Positions 32,391 through 41,804 of a stretch of 64,000 nucleotides of DNA are shown here, piece by piece (positions within the stretch are counted from its first letter, which is position 1; every line of letters starts with the position of its first letter). The notes under the pieces are model-generated. The model was not told the origin of the DNA, searched no databases, and worked only from the letters and a program-made list of their open reading frames with translations. A program made the position numbers and the translations under genes. Source of the stretch: Spirochaetales bacterium (lineage in GTDB: Bacteria; Spirochaetota; Spirochaetia; Treponematales; UBA12059); NCBI GenBank assembly GCA_016928955.1, contig JAFGJV010000004.1, positions 259,736 through 323,735 of the forward strand. The letters run 5' to 3'.

Positions 32391-33590
32391 ATGCCCGTGT
32401 ACTTCCACATAGACCTTGACGCATTCTTTGCCTCGGCCGAGGTCTTGGACAGGCCGGAGCTTGCCGGGCAGCCGGTCATTGTCGGTGGAAGCGGGCGCAG
32501 GGGAGTGGTGTCGACCTGCTCCTACGAAGCCAGGGCCTTTGGCGTGCACTCGGCCATGCCCATAGCCGAAGCCAGGCGGCTGTGCCCCCAGGGCGTTTAC
32601 CTGCCAGTCCGCATGGAGCGGTACGCCCATTTGTCGTCCCAGGTCATGTCCATCTTTGAGGATTTCACCCCTGACGTCATCAGGGTTTCCATAGACGAGG
32701 CCAACCTGGACATGACCGGCACGGAGAAACTTTGGGGACAACCCGCTGAGGCGGCAGCCCTTCTGAAAACCAGGGTCAGGACGGACACCGGCCTCTCCGT
32801 GTCCATAGGCATTGCCCCGAACCGCTACGTTGCCAAAATAGCGTCCGGAGTCCGCAAGCCTGACGGCCTTGTCGAGGTGCCCGCCGGAGGGGAGGAAGGC
32901 TTTATGCTCGGTCTGCCCCTGGACAAGATATGGGGTGCGGGTCCCAAGACCCAGGCCCGGCTGGCCGAGCTCGGCATAGAGGACATGGCCCGCCTCAGGT
33001 CCCTGTCTGCCCAAACCCTGGAGGCGGCTTTTGGAAGGGCTGGCGGAGCCTTTCTGTACAAGGCGTGCAGGGGACAGGATCCCGGCATTTACGGCTCGGA
33101 ACCCAAAAGCCGCTCCATCAGTACAGAGACCACCTTTGAGCGTGACGTCAGGGACCGGGAAACCCTGGAATCGGTGCTTTTGGGCATGACAGAGGAACTG
33201 GCCGCCAGGATGTACCATGACGGCCACTCGTCGCGCACCGTGGTGCTCAAGCTCAGGGACGGATCCTTTGACACGCAAAGCGCCCGGGAAACCAGGGACG
33301 GGCCCTTCATATCGTCCAGGGACATCTACGAGGGAGCCCTTGACCTGCTTCGGAAAAAGTGGGACGGCAGGCCGGTCAGGCTGATCGGACTGGGCCTGGC
33401 CCAGTTGGGCTGCCAGGGCGGGCACCAAGATTCCCTGTTCGAGGACGACGCAACGCGCAGGGCCCACAAGGCGGCGGCCGTGGAGAAGGCAGTGTTCGAC
33501 GCGACGCGACGCGGCCTCGGCACGATAACGCGGGCCAGGCTCGTGAAACCCAAGAGGGAACACCCGGCCGCCCCGGACGACGAGGCGTAA
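32391..33590 (+). CDS. dinB: DNA polymerase IV (Y-family)
   Basis: YFHIDLDAFFASAEVL, VIVGG, CSYEARAFGV, SIDEANLD, SVSIGIAPNRYVAKIAS. Confidence 0.9.
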   Translation: MPVYFHIDLDAFFASAEVLDRPELAGQPVIVGGSGRRGVVSTCSYEARAFGVHSAMPIAEARRLCPQGVYLPVRMERYAHLSSQVMSIFEDFTPDVIRVSIDEANLDMTGTEKLWGQPAEAAALLKTRVRTDTGLSVSIGIAPNRYVAKIASGVRKPDGLVEVPAGGEEGFMLGLPLDKIWGAGPKTQARLAELGIEDMARLRSLSAQTLEAAFGRAGGAFLYKACRGQDPGIYGSEPKSRSISTETTFERDVRDRETLESVLLGMTEELAARMYHDGHSSRTVVLKLRDGSFDTQSARETRDGPFISSRDIYEGALDLLRKKWDGRPVRLIGLGLAQLGCQGGHQDSLFEDDATRRAHKAAAVEKAVFDATRRGLGTITRARLVKPKREHPAAPDDEA

Positions 33591-33649
33591 CACCCGCGGC
33601 AAAACCGGAGCGGTCTGCCCGCGCGCAGGCCGGAGCGTCGGTCCTGCCG

Positions 33650-34252
33650 CTACCAGCGCACGCTTACGAGGACGGGTTGTTCGGACAGATAGATGGACGA
33701 TGACTGCATGACGAAGCGGACGTTCCGATCGCTTACGGCGGCTCCGACCACATTCTGCGGAGTAGCCGGCAACGCCAGGGTCAGGCTCACGGAGTAGTCG
33801 GAAAACACCTCGGTCACAAAAGCCGCCAGATCGGCGTTACGGGGCGGCTGAGACGTTCCCAGTTCCATGCTCAGGGCCGTGCGCCCGCCCTCGCGGCTAA
33901 GGCTTGGCCTGGTGCCCGCGGATTCCATAAAAGCGACGAACGACTCAAGGGTGGGGAAAAAGAGCTTGGCCGTTACCACAAAGCGGTCGGTACCGTCGTT
34001 TTTCGCCCACGCGTCGACCCTGCCGCCCGAGCTCTCCACGCTTGCTTGGAAGCCAGCCCTTTCAGTCGGTAGGGGCAGGTACGCCGCGTTGTCGCCGTTC
34101 CGGCCCAGTTCGTCGGCCGCCAAGGACACCGTGTACGCCAGGTCCAGCGACACCGACCCGTTGGCCGCTATCCGGGCTGTCGCGTCCACGCCCACGCACG
34201 AGGACAGGAGCAGATAAAACGCCAGAAGGCCGGCGGCCAACCTATGCTTCAT
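33650..34252 (-). CDS. Lipoprotein of unknown function
   Basis: MKHRLAAGLLAFYLLLSSC is a lipobox-like signal. 200 aa. Confidence 0.6.
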   Translation of the reverse strand: MKHRLAAGLLAFYLLLSSCVGVDATARIAANGSVSLDLAYTVSLAADELGRNGDNAAYLPLPTERAGFQASVESSGGRVDAWAKNDGTDRFVVTAKLFFPTLESFVAFMESAGTRPSLSREGGRTALSMELGTSQPPRNADLAAFVTEVFSDYSVSLTLALPATPQNVVGAAVSDRNVRFVMQSSSIYLSEQPVLVSVRW

Positions 34253-34259
34253 GCCTGCG

Positions 34260-34288
34260 ATTGTAGCCGCCGGATACCGGGTTGTCCA
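34260..34288 (-). promoter_or_regulatory. Promoter directly abutting the lipoprotein start codon (leaderless candidate)
   Basis: Minus strand TGGACA-N17-TACAAT-N7-ATG. Confidence 0.5.
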
Positions 34289-34321
34289 CCAAAACGCCCA
34301 TCGCCCCGCATCCGGCGCACG

Positions 34322-34612
34322 TCAGTCAAAACGCTCGCTGGCCACCTGCGAGTCGTGCACCCTGAGGGAGAAATCCCGTTCTATCACGCCCAGGGCCTTG
34401 TGCATGACCATCTCGCCGTATTCCGCGGAATTTGACACAAGGGCCGCCCCCAGTTGGGCAAAGCGCAGGGAATCCTGGAGATCTGTTTCCGCGCAGGATA
34501 CCTTGAAGGAGCGCGTCAGCCTGTCCTTGATGGATTTGACGATGCGGCGCTTGTCCTTGATGCTGGACGTCTCCGGCAGTTCAAGGAGGATCTGGAACAT
34601 GGACACGATCAT
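34322..34612 (-). CDS. DUF503 (YlxP-like) small protein
   Basis: MIVSMFQILLELPETSSIKDKRRIVKSIKDRL... is the typical DUF503 N-terminus. 96 aa. ATGA overlap with the upstream gene; the longer 165-aa ORF-track version is an artefact. Confidence 0.7.
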   Translation of the reverse strand: MIVSMFQILLELPETSSIKDKRRIVKSIKDRLTRSFKVSCAETDLQDSLRFAQLGAALVSNSAEYGEMVMHKALGVIERDFSLRVHDSQVASERFD

Positions 34613-35577
34613 GGCAGGCGCTTGCCCAGGACCCCCGCCATTTCCTCCCTGCCCACGGGCTGGCCGCGCGCGGCGCGCGTTCCGCGCCTGAAGGACGTGC
34701 CCGCGCGGGCTGCTTTCCGCGAACTCAGGGCGTAGGCCAGGGTCAGGATCAGGGCGCACACGGCGGCGGCTGCTTCTGCTGCTCCGCTGGCCCTGTGCAC
34801 GGGCTTGGCGCTGAACCAAGCCGCCACCGTGGCGTATTCCTCGTACATGGCATCCGCCGGATGGTAGTCGGCCCCTCCCGCCACCACGGTCATTCCGTCC
34901 ACTGCCAAGGCCACGATGTCAGGATGCGTGCGCGCCGCTTCGGTAAGCGCGGACGGGTCCAGCACGGACAGCTCCCGCATGGCGCGCATAACTCCCTGCC
35001 TGCGCTCGGCCTCAGCGCGGGCATAACCCGGAAGAACGAGCGCGTCCGTGAGGGCGCAGGCCAGCAGGGCGGCCAAAGCGGCCGCGGCCAGGGCTATCAG
35101 GGCATGTTTGGATGGCAGGGCCTTTGGCGGTCTCGGATAGAGCGACGCGTACGGCCTGGCCAGGCGCAAGAGGCGCAGCGCGGACGCCGTGGCAAGCGCG
35201 GCCATCGGGCCGCCTGAAGCTGCATAGCCGCGCACAGCAGCCGCGCTGAAATCGGCCGTTGCCCACCCGAAGAGCAGGGGACCGGACAGTATGGCCAGCG
35301 GCACAGCCGACGACAGAAAGGCCAGAACGCAGGCAGCCAGTTTCGGCGCGTCCCTGCGCCGCGCGGTCAGGGCCAGGACGGCAAAGAGCTCGAAAGAAAA
35401 CACCAGGTCGAACACCATGCCGGCTAGGGAAAAATAGGCCCGAGAGCGCCACGACGCGCCGGCGGCCGTGGCCACCGAGCCGGACAGCGCGACCACGACC
35501 GATATGACGGCCAAAGCGCTCAGCACCGAGTCGCTAAACGATCTGTCCCTGAAGCCCTTCTCACGCGCTTGATCCAT
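34609..35577 (-). CDS. Membrane protein with a voltage-sensor-like four-helix region (S2-like FDLVFSFELF, S4-like LRLLRLAR) and no recognisable pore
   Basis: Hydrophobic segments at residues ~18-35, 49-72, 79-100 and 126-140 (three Arg at 3-residue spacing), 156-178, then a ~90-aa soluble insert and a last TM. Confidence 0.55.
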   Translation of the reverse strand: MDQAREKGFRDRSFSDSVLSALAVISVVVALSGSVATAAGASWRSRAYFSLAGMVFDLVFSFELFAVLALTARRRDAPKLAACVLAFLSSAVPLAILSGPLLFGWATADFSAAAVRGYAASGGPMAALATASALRLLRLARPYASLYPRPPKALPSKHALIALAAAALAALLACALTDALVLPGYARAEAERRQGVMRAMRELSVLDPSALTEAARTHPDIVALAVDGMTVVAGGADYHPADAMYEEYATVAAWFSAKPVHRASGAAEAAAAVCALILTLAYALSSRKAARAGTSFRRGTRAARGQPVGREEMAGVLGKRLP

Positions 35578-35587
35578 AAGCTACAAT
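35558..35587 (+). promoter_or_regulatory. Weak candidate promoter for the 1251-aa protein gene (short leader, no SD)
   Basis: TTCTCA-N18-TACAAT-N14-ATG. Confidence 0.3.
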
Positions 35588-35601
35588 CATATACGCGAAC
35601 C

Positions 35602-38600
35602 ATGGGAAAGAAAAGATCAATCGTCGCGCAGGCAACACTCGTCCTCATGGCCGCCCTAGCCCGGGCCCAGGAGCCCGCGCCCCTGCCCACGGAGGCACCC
35701 AAGGCCCTGTTTTCCGCCCAGCTCGGCGACGAGGAGGTGGAGGTGCGCATCCAGGGTTTCTGGAGCGCGTCCATCCTGAGTTCCGGCTCCCTGTCCCTTG
35801 GCCCGTCGGGATCCTTCTTCAATCCGGTTCCCTTCCTGTTCCAGCAGCGCCCGGACCTGTATATTCTCCTCACGTTCAGGCGGCAGTGGTGGTTCGAGGC
35901 CACGGTAGTTGACGACCTGTCGTCGTCAAGCTTTGCGCTGGGATTCTCAGGCGACGAGGACGACCAGGTCAAGGAAGCCAGGCTCGGCAATACCGGCATA
36001 GGCATGCCGTCCTATCCCTACCTGTCCTTTGGGAGCCCGGCGGGTTCGTTCGGGGCCATACTGCGGGCCGGCAACGACACGGCATCCTATGACGCCGTGG
36101 TGCGCTGGGACGGGCTGTCCTGGAGAACGCGGGACTTTTTTGGCATGTCGGAAAGCTCCGAAACGACCACGAGCCCGGTAGGATTCATCCGCGGCCGGCG
36201 TTTTGTCCTGCCAGCAGGGTCACTCACATCTCTGCGCCTGTACGATGTTGTAGGAAGCGACCAACGGCTCCTCGCCTCGGGCGAATACGCCGTGTCCATG
36301 GCCGACGGCCTTGTGCTGTTGGCGGCGGCGCCCTTGGGCGACCTGGTCGCCTACTACTCGACGGGCGGCCCGGAAACGAACGTAACCCTGTACACGGCAG
36401 GCGCCGACCTGTCGGCCAATCCCAACGAGCTGGGCAACCTGTACGCCCTATCGGGTGCCGTGCCCTCGTCCCGCCTGTACGTCAGGCCGGCTTTCAGCTC
36501 CGCTCCCAGCGCGGACTACGAGGTGCGTTCGGTGGCGCCTGGGCTGGTGGAAGTGATACCAGCGGGCGTGTACGACCCCCGAGACCCGTCGTACCGACTC
36601 CCGTTCGCCGCCGCGGCTCCCTGGACCTACGACGAGCTGCCCGAAGACAGCGTGCCGCCGTATCCTCTGGAGAGCGGCTTCCTGATAGCGAGCGCCACAG
36701 AGCGCGCGCTCGAGCGGCTGGACCTCGAGCAGGGCTCCATCCCCGGCACGGTGCAGGTGGAGCGCAACGGCCAGCCGAGCTCGTCGTTCAGCTTTGACCA
36801 GAACTCAGGCGAGCTGACCCTCGTTCCGCCGCCGCGTCCTGGAGAGGCTATCCGGGTCCGCTATGCCGTGCAGAGCCAGGACCGGAGCGACGGCGGACTG
36901 GTGTTTGGCGCCGGTGCGCGCTTTCCCTGGCTGGGTTTGGACTGGGCCGTGGCCGTGGGAGGGCGCTGGTCCTTGCCCGGGCAGGCGTGGGCCGAATCCG
37001 GCAAGCTCAGGCCCGGCTGGGCAGGCCTGTCCGCAGAGGCGGCCCGCGAGTGGGATCAGGCCAAGCTGTCCTTGGACGCCTTCGCGCGTTACGCCCGCGA
37101 CAGCTCGAGCGGCGTGTATCGCATCCAGGGTATGGAACCGGACGCGTCTGCCCTGGTACCGCTACGGCCGGATGCGGCTACGGCCCCGGATGCCCTGAGC
37201 CTTGAGCTGGCCGGCGCCCAGGATCTCTACGAAGGTTTTCCTAATACGCTGTCTGTCTTTTCAGACGGCGTGTACGGCAACGTCGCGCTGAAAGCGGAGG
37301 CCGGGGTGTCGTCAGGCGGCACGCTCGTATGCTTTGTGTCGCCCGTTCCGCTAGCGTCGTTCAAACGACTTGCCCTGTTCGCAAAAGCAGAAGGCGGCCC
37401 TTCCACGCTTGCCTTGACGCTGGACGGGGAGGGCGGGGCGGCGGTGCTGGTTCCGGCCATCACCGTGGATCCCGCCTGGTCATGGGTGAGCATACAGCTT
37501 GACCTTGCCGACGCGTCGCACCCCTGGACCGCCACGGACGCGAGCGGCACCGTGCGGGCGTCGGGCAACGCGTCCGTGGACCTGTCAGCCAGCGCGTCAG
37601 CCGTAAGGTTGACCCTTGGAGGGCTCGACGCGGGTGAGGCCATGCTGGTCGACGAAATCGTCCTCCTTGAGCCCGTGTCGGGCTTTGCCCTGACGTCGTC
37701 GCTCGCCTTCAGCGCTGGAGATGCGGCCAACAAGGACGGAGCCTATGTAGAGCTTGCGGCCGTTGGCATGGCAAGCGACGGCGCGTCCCTTGCCGGAACC
37801 CTTTCCGGTGGTTGGACCCTGGGACCGAGCCAGTGGCGCGCGGATGTAAGCCCTTCCTGGGCCGATGGCGGCTTTTCGGTAGCGGCAGGCTACACCCTGG
37901 ATATTCCGTCTCGGGACAGTCCCATACGCTTTGGCGACCGTTTCAGCGCCGCCCCGGATGGCCCCTCCTACGCCCATGCCCTGGAAGGCATCCTTGCTCC
38001 CGATGAAGTGCCCCTGCGGCTGGCCTTTGACGCCAAGTCCGAGGAACGCCTGGGCCGCCTCGCGCAGGCCTGGGCGTTCAGCGCGGGCTGGGACACGGCC
38101 GTGTCGCTTGACGCGTCCGCCTCGCTGGAAACCCAGGGCACCGACCTAGCGGCCGGAGGTCTGGCTGAGGCATGGCTTGGTTCCTTCCGCGCCTTCCTTC
38201 CGGTAGGTGAAGACATCGCGTCGTCTAGGGTCCTGTCTGGGTCCCTGTCCGCCTGGGACGCACGTATACAGGCAGAACTATCGAGCGCGTTCGGGACAGC
38301 CTCCAGCGCCGGGCCCGCGGCCATCCATGAGGCGGCTCTTACCCTGAGGTTTCCGTTGGCGCTGTCTGGGTTGGAACTGACGCCCTATTACAGGCGATCC
38401 ACGTCACGCACGATGAGTTCCGCGGCCGCCGGCTTTGCTCAGGATGTGGACGCGTTTATCCTGAGCGCGTCTAGCGCTGCCGGACTCTGGTCAGCCTGGC
38501 CGCTCGCGGATGCCCTGATCCCTGCTGGCGGGGCCGCGGCCTGGGCTGAAGGCAGCGTCGCGTCGTCGCACCGAGCCGTGGCGGGCCTTTCCCTGAAACG

Positions 38601-39357
38601 CGAGTCGGGTGCCAGGCTCCTGGACCTGTTCCTGCCGTCCAGCGCTGACCTGTCGGCGTCCAGAAACTACGCCAGCGCCGACGATTCGCTGTCGGCCTGG
38701 ACAAGCGTGGATGTGATCCTGTCCGGTTCTGCCCTGAACCTGTTTGCCAGGAACGGAAGCCGAGCCGCCTGGGACTCGGTGGAGTTCGACGAGTACGGAT
38801 ATGGCCTGGACCTGCGCCTGAAGCTGTATGACGACGGTGCCGTCCTGCCGTACCTGTCAGCGCGACACTCCATGGCCCTGGACGGTGCGGCTGTGTGGAC
38901 CCTGAGCGCCGTCAATACCGCCACCTTTGAGGCTACCCGCTCCGCTCCCGCGTGGTCGGAAGCCCTGTCCCTGTCTCTTACCAGGCGACCAGGGGCGACC
39001 TGGTTCGGCTCCCTTGTCGGGTTGATCCTGAGCCCACGGGCGGACGGACAGGCTGCCGGGCAGGATGAGGGGCAGCCTCCCGCGGAGTCAGGCAGCGTCC
39101 GGGCCTGGTTGGACGCTGCCTGGGCCGTACCGCCCGCCTTGAGGGAAACCTGGACCTTTGCGGCCCAAGCAGGGGCCACGCCCGGTGGAACGCCTTCCAT
39201 TAAGACGACCCTGTCCTACGAGACGCGCTGCGTGCAGGCGGGCGTCCTGTCCCTGGGATTCCGCGTATCCCTGGCGCCCAGCGTGTCGTTCGGATCGGGC
39301 GGGGCCACCTGGGGCGGCAGTTACGAGCTGGCCCTGGACGGCACCGTCAGCTTCTGA
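35602..39357 (+). CDS. 1251-aa secreted, probably outer-membrane-associated protein of unknown function
   Basis: Signal peptide MGKKRSIVAQATLVLMAALARAQE. A/S/G/L/D/W-rich and Cys-free by eye. The C-terminus ...YELALDGTVSF ends in Phe, like a beta-barrel insertion signal. Confidence 0.65.
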   Translation: MGKKRSIVAQATLVLMAALARAQEPAPLPTEAPKALFSAQLGDEEVEVRIQGFWSASILSSGSLSLGPSGSFFNPVPFLFQQRPDLYILLTFRRQWWFEATVVDDLSSSSFALGFSGDEDDQVKEARLGNTGIGMPSYPYLSFGSPAGSFGAILRAGNDTASYDAVVRWDGLSWRTRDFFGMSESSETTTSPVGFIRGRRFVLPAGSLTSLRLYDVVGSDQRLLASGEYAVSMADGLVLLAAAPLGDLVAYYSTGGPETNVTLYTAGADLSANPNELGNLYALSGAVPSSRLYVRPAFSSAPSADYEVRSVAPGLVEVIPAGVYDPRDPSYRLPFAAAAPWTYDELPEDSVPPYPLESGFLIASATERALERLDLEQGSIPGTVQVERNGQPSSSFSFDQNSGELTLVPPPRPGEAIRVRYAVQSQDRSDGGLVFGAGARFPWLGLDWAVAVGGRWSLPGQAWAESGKLRPGWAGLSAEAAREWDQAKLSLDAFARYARDSSSGVYRIQGMEPDASALVPLRPDAATAPDALSLELAGAQDLYEGFPNTLSVFSDGVYGNVALKAEAGVSSGGTLVCFVSPVPLASFKRLALFAKAEGGPSTLALTLDGEGGAAVLVPAITVDPAWSWVSIQLDLADASHPWTATDASGTVRASGNASVDLSASASAVRLTLGGLDAGEAMLVDEIVLLEPVSGFALTSSLAFSAGDAANKDGAYVELAAVGMASDGASLAGTLSGGWTLGPSQWRADVSPSWADGGFSVAAGYTLDIPSRDSPIRFGDRFSAAPDGPSYAHALEGILAPDEVPLRLAFDAKSEERLGRLAQAWAFSAGWDTAVSLDASASLETQGTDLAAGGLAEAWLGSFRAFLPVGEDIASSRVLSGSLSAWDARIQAELSSAFGTASSAGPAAIHEAALTLRFPLALSGLELTPYYRRSTSRTMSSAAAGFAQDVDAFILSASSAAGLWSAWPLADALIPAGGAAAWAEGSVASSHRAVAGLSLKRESGARLLDLFLPSSADLSASRNYASADDSLSAWTSVDVILSGSALNLFARNGSRAAWDSVEFDEYGYGLDLRLKLYDDGAVLPYLSARHSMALDGAAVWTLSAVNTATFEATRSAPAWSEALSLSLTRRPGATWFGSLVGLILSPRADGQAAGQDEGQPPAESGSVRAWLDAAWAVPPALRETWTFAAQAGATPGGTPSIKTTLSYETRCVQAGVLSLGFRVSLAPSVSFGSGGATWGGSYELALDGTVSF

Positions 39358-39369
39358 CGGCCGCCCAGG

Positions 39370-39399
39370 TTGACAGCTCCCGTCGGGCCTATCTATAGT
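39370..39399 (+). promoter_or_regulatory. metG promoter with near-leaderless geometry
   Basis: TTGACA-N18-TATAGT-N9-ATG in the 51-nt gap, with no Shine-Dalgarno. The ORF-track start at 39370 is the TTG of the -35 box. Confidence 0.5.
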
Positions 39400-39408
39400 C
39401 TGTCCACC

Positions 39409-41691
39409 ATGAAACGACGACTCGTGACCAGCGCCCTTCCGTACGTGAACAACGTGCCGCATCTTGGCAATCTCATCCAGGTCCTGTCCGCCGACGTGTT
39501 CGCCCGCGCGTGCCGTCTCCGGGGCTATGACACGCTGTACGTGTGCGGCACCGACGAGTACGGCACGGCCACGGAAACCAAGGCCCTTGAGGAAGGCGTG
39601 AGCCCCGCAGAGCTGTGCGGGCGCTTCCACGCCATTCACAAGAACATATACGAATGGTTCGGCATAGCCTTTGACAAATTCGGCCGCACCAGCACGCCCA
39701 GGCAGACGGAGATCGTGCAGGGCCTGTTCAAGGATCTCGACGCCGCCGGGCTCATCAAAGAGGAGACGATAGAGCAGCTGTACTGCGATTCTTGCGAGCG
39801 TTTCCTTGCAGATCGCTACGTGCGCGGCACCTGCCCGCACTGCGGCTACACGGACGCCCGCGGCGACCAGTGCGAGGCCTGCGGCAAACTCCTTGATCCC
39901 ACCGAGCTCATAGAGCCCAAGTGCTCCACCTGCGGAGCCACGCCGAAACCCCGCTCGACCAGGCACCTGTACATAGACCTCCCGGCCATCCGCCCAAAGC
40001 TGGAAGCCTGGATGAAGGACGCCAGCGTCAAAGGCTTCTGGGCGAACAACGCCATCCAGATGACCCAGGCGTGGATCCGCGACGGCCTCAAGGCGCGCGC
40101 CATAACCCGGGACCTCAAGTGGGGCATACCCGTGCCCAAGCCAGGCTTTGAGGACAAGGTATTCTACGTGTGGTTCGACGCGCCGATCGGATACATATCC
40201 ATCACGGCTACGCTGGCCGACGAAAAAGGTTTTGACTGGAAAAAATGGTGGATGGATCCTGAGAACGTCGAGCTGTTCCAGTTCATAGGCAAGGACAACA
40301 TACCCTTCCACACCGTTATCTTTCCGAGCACCCTCCTTGGGTCGGCCAAGAAATGGACCATGCTCCACCACATGTCCAGCACGGAGTACCTCAACTACGA
40401 ATCCGGCAAGTTCTCCAAAAGCAAGGGCGTGGGCGTGTTCGGTACCGACGTGATGGACACAGGCATACCCGCGGATGTATGGCGCTTCTATATATTCTAC
40501 AACCGCCCGGAGAAGAGCGACTTCACGTTTACCTGGTCTGACTTCCTGGAAAAGGTCAACGGAGAGCTCATTGGCAATCTCGGAAACCTGGCCAACCGCA
40601 CGCTGTCCTTCATCCAGCGTTTCTATGACGGAGCGATACCAGCTGGCGTGCCGGACGAAGCCTTCTGGATCCAGGTTCGCGGCCTGGAGGCCGACATAGC
40701 CGAGCGCCTGGAACGCGCAGAGCTCCGCGACGCTTTCCGCCTCGCGTTCCAGATAGCCGACCTGGCCAACAAGCGTTTCCAGGCCACCGAACCCTGGAAA
40801 GCCCGGACCACCGATCCAGCGGCGGCCGCCAGCCTCCTCTCCGACCTCTGCTACGTTCTCAGGGACCTGGCCATCATCATGCACCCCTACATGCCGGCCG
40901 CCATGGACAGGCTGGCTTCCTTCCTTGGCTGCGCCGTAGGCTCCGGCGGCCAGGACTGGACGAGGGTGGGAAAACTGGACGGGCTGTCCACCGTAAAGGA
41001 CAGCGCCGTGCTGTTCCAGAAGCTGGATCCCGTAGTCATAGACGAGCTGCGTGAGCGCTATTCCGGCTCCCAGAAGGAACGGGCCGCCCGGGAAGGGGCC
41101 AAGGCCGCCGAGGCAGCCGCGCCTTCCGGCCAGGCTGCTCCGTCCAAACCCGCTCCCGAGCCCAAGCCCGTTCCCTACGCGGACCTTCCGCTGGAGGAAC
41201 GGTTCCGGAAACTGGTAGACCTGCGCGTCGCCAAAATCGTCAAAATAGAACGACATCCCAAGGCCGACAAGCTGTACATAGAAACCCTTGACGACGGCAG
41301 CGGTACGGAGCGCGTCATCGTGTCCGGCCTGGTGCCGTTCTACAAGGAAGAGGAGCTTACGGGCAAACACATTATCCTGGTGAACAACCTGAAACCGGCC
41401 AAGCTCCGTGGCGTGGAGAGCAAGGGCATGCTCCTTGCCGCTAGCGTGTCCGGTCCCGAGGGCAAGGAAAGCGTGGAAGTGCTGGAAGCCCCGTGGGCCG
41501 CTCCTGGTACCAGGGTGACGATACCGGGCCAGGATGCCCTGGTTCCCGCCGACCCGGAAATAGACGTGGACGCCTTCTTCTCGGTTCCCCTGAAAGCAGT
41601 GGACGGCACGGCCAGGGTAGGGGACACGGTTCTTGAAGCCCTTGGCACTTCCCTGGGCACTACCACGGTAAAAAACGGAGATATCGGTTAA
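39409..41691 (+). CDS. metG: Methionine--tRNA ligase with a C-terminal tRNA-binding (Trbp111/EMAPII-like) domain
   Basis: TSALPYVNNVPHLGNL (HIGH-type), zinc knuckles CDSC..CPHCG and CEAC..CSTCG, KFSKSKG (KMSKS), C-terminal VAKIVKIERHPKADKLY. Confidence 0.95.
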   Translation: MKRRLVTSALPYVNNVPHLGNLIQVLSADVFARACRLRGYDTLYVCGTDEYGTATETKALEEGVSPAELCGRFHAIHKNIYEWFGIAFDKFGRTSTPRQTEIVQGLFKDLDAAGLIKEETIEQLYCDSCERFLADRYVRGTCPHCGYTDARGDQCEACGKLLDPTELIEPKCSTCGATPKPRSTRHLYIDLPAIRPKLEAWMKDASVKGFWANNAIQMTQAWIRDGLKARAITRDLKWGIPVPKPGFEDKVFYVWFDAPIGYISITATLADEKGFDWKKWWMDPENVELFQFIGKDNIPFHTVIFPSTLLGSAKKWTMLHHMSSTEYLNYESGKFSKSKGVGVFGTDVMDTGIPADVWRFYIFYNRPEKSDFTFTWSDFLEKVNGELIGNLGNLANRTLSFIQRFYDGAIPAGVPDEAFWIQVRGLEADIAERLERAELRDAFRLAFQIADLANKRFQATEPWKARTTDPAAAASLLSDLCYVLRDLAIIMHPYMPAAMDRLASFLGCAVGSGGQDWTRVGKLDGLSTVKDSAVLFQKLDPVVIDELRERYSGSQKERAAREGAKAAEAAAPSGQAAPSKPAPEPKPVPYADLPLEERFRKLVDLRVAKIVKIERHPKADKLYIETLDDGSGTERVIVSGLVPFYKEEELTGKHIILVNNLKPAKLRGVESKGMLLAASVSGPEGKESVEVLEAPWAAPGTRVTIPGQDALVPADPEIDVDAFFSVPLKAVDGTARVGDTVLEALGTSLGTTTVKNGDIG

Positions 41692-41700
41692 GGAAGCAAA

Positions 41701-41737
41701 CATCCCGGGACTCTGCAGTTCACGGAGTCTCGGGATG
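41701..41737 (+). terminator. 13-bp hairpin after metG (candidate terminator, no U-tract)
   Basis: catcccgggactc - 11-nt loop - gagtctcgggatg, with one G-U pair. Confidence 0.4.
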
Positions 41738-41804
41738 TCTACAATTGGATACGTTTGTACCCGGGCATTATTCATATCCGGTTTCAATCGGCACGAAAGG
41801 TTAC

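Noticed and set aside
31269-33602. 777-aa ORF on the minus strand
   Set aside because: It is antisense to the 30783-32387 membrane protein gene and to dinB, whose Y-family polymerase motifs are clear. R/G/P-rich shadow ORF.
39088-41787. 899-aa ORF on the minus strand
   Set aside because: It is antisense to metG (HIGH/KMSKS and zinc knuckles on the plus strand). It has biased G/R/A/V composition, no recognisable domain and no start context.
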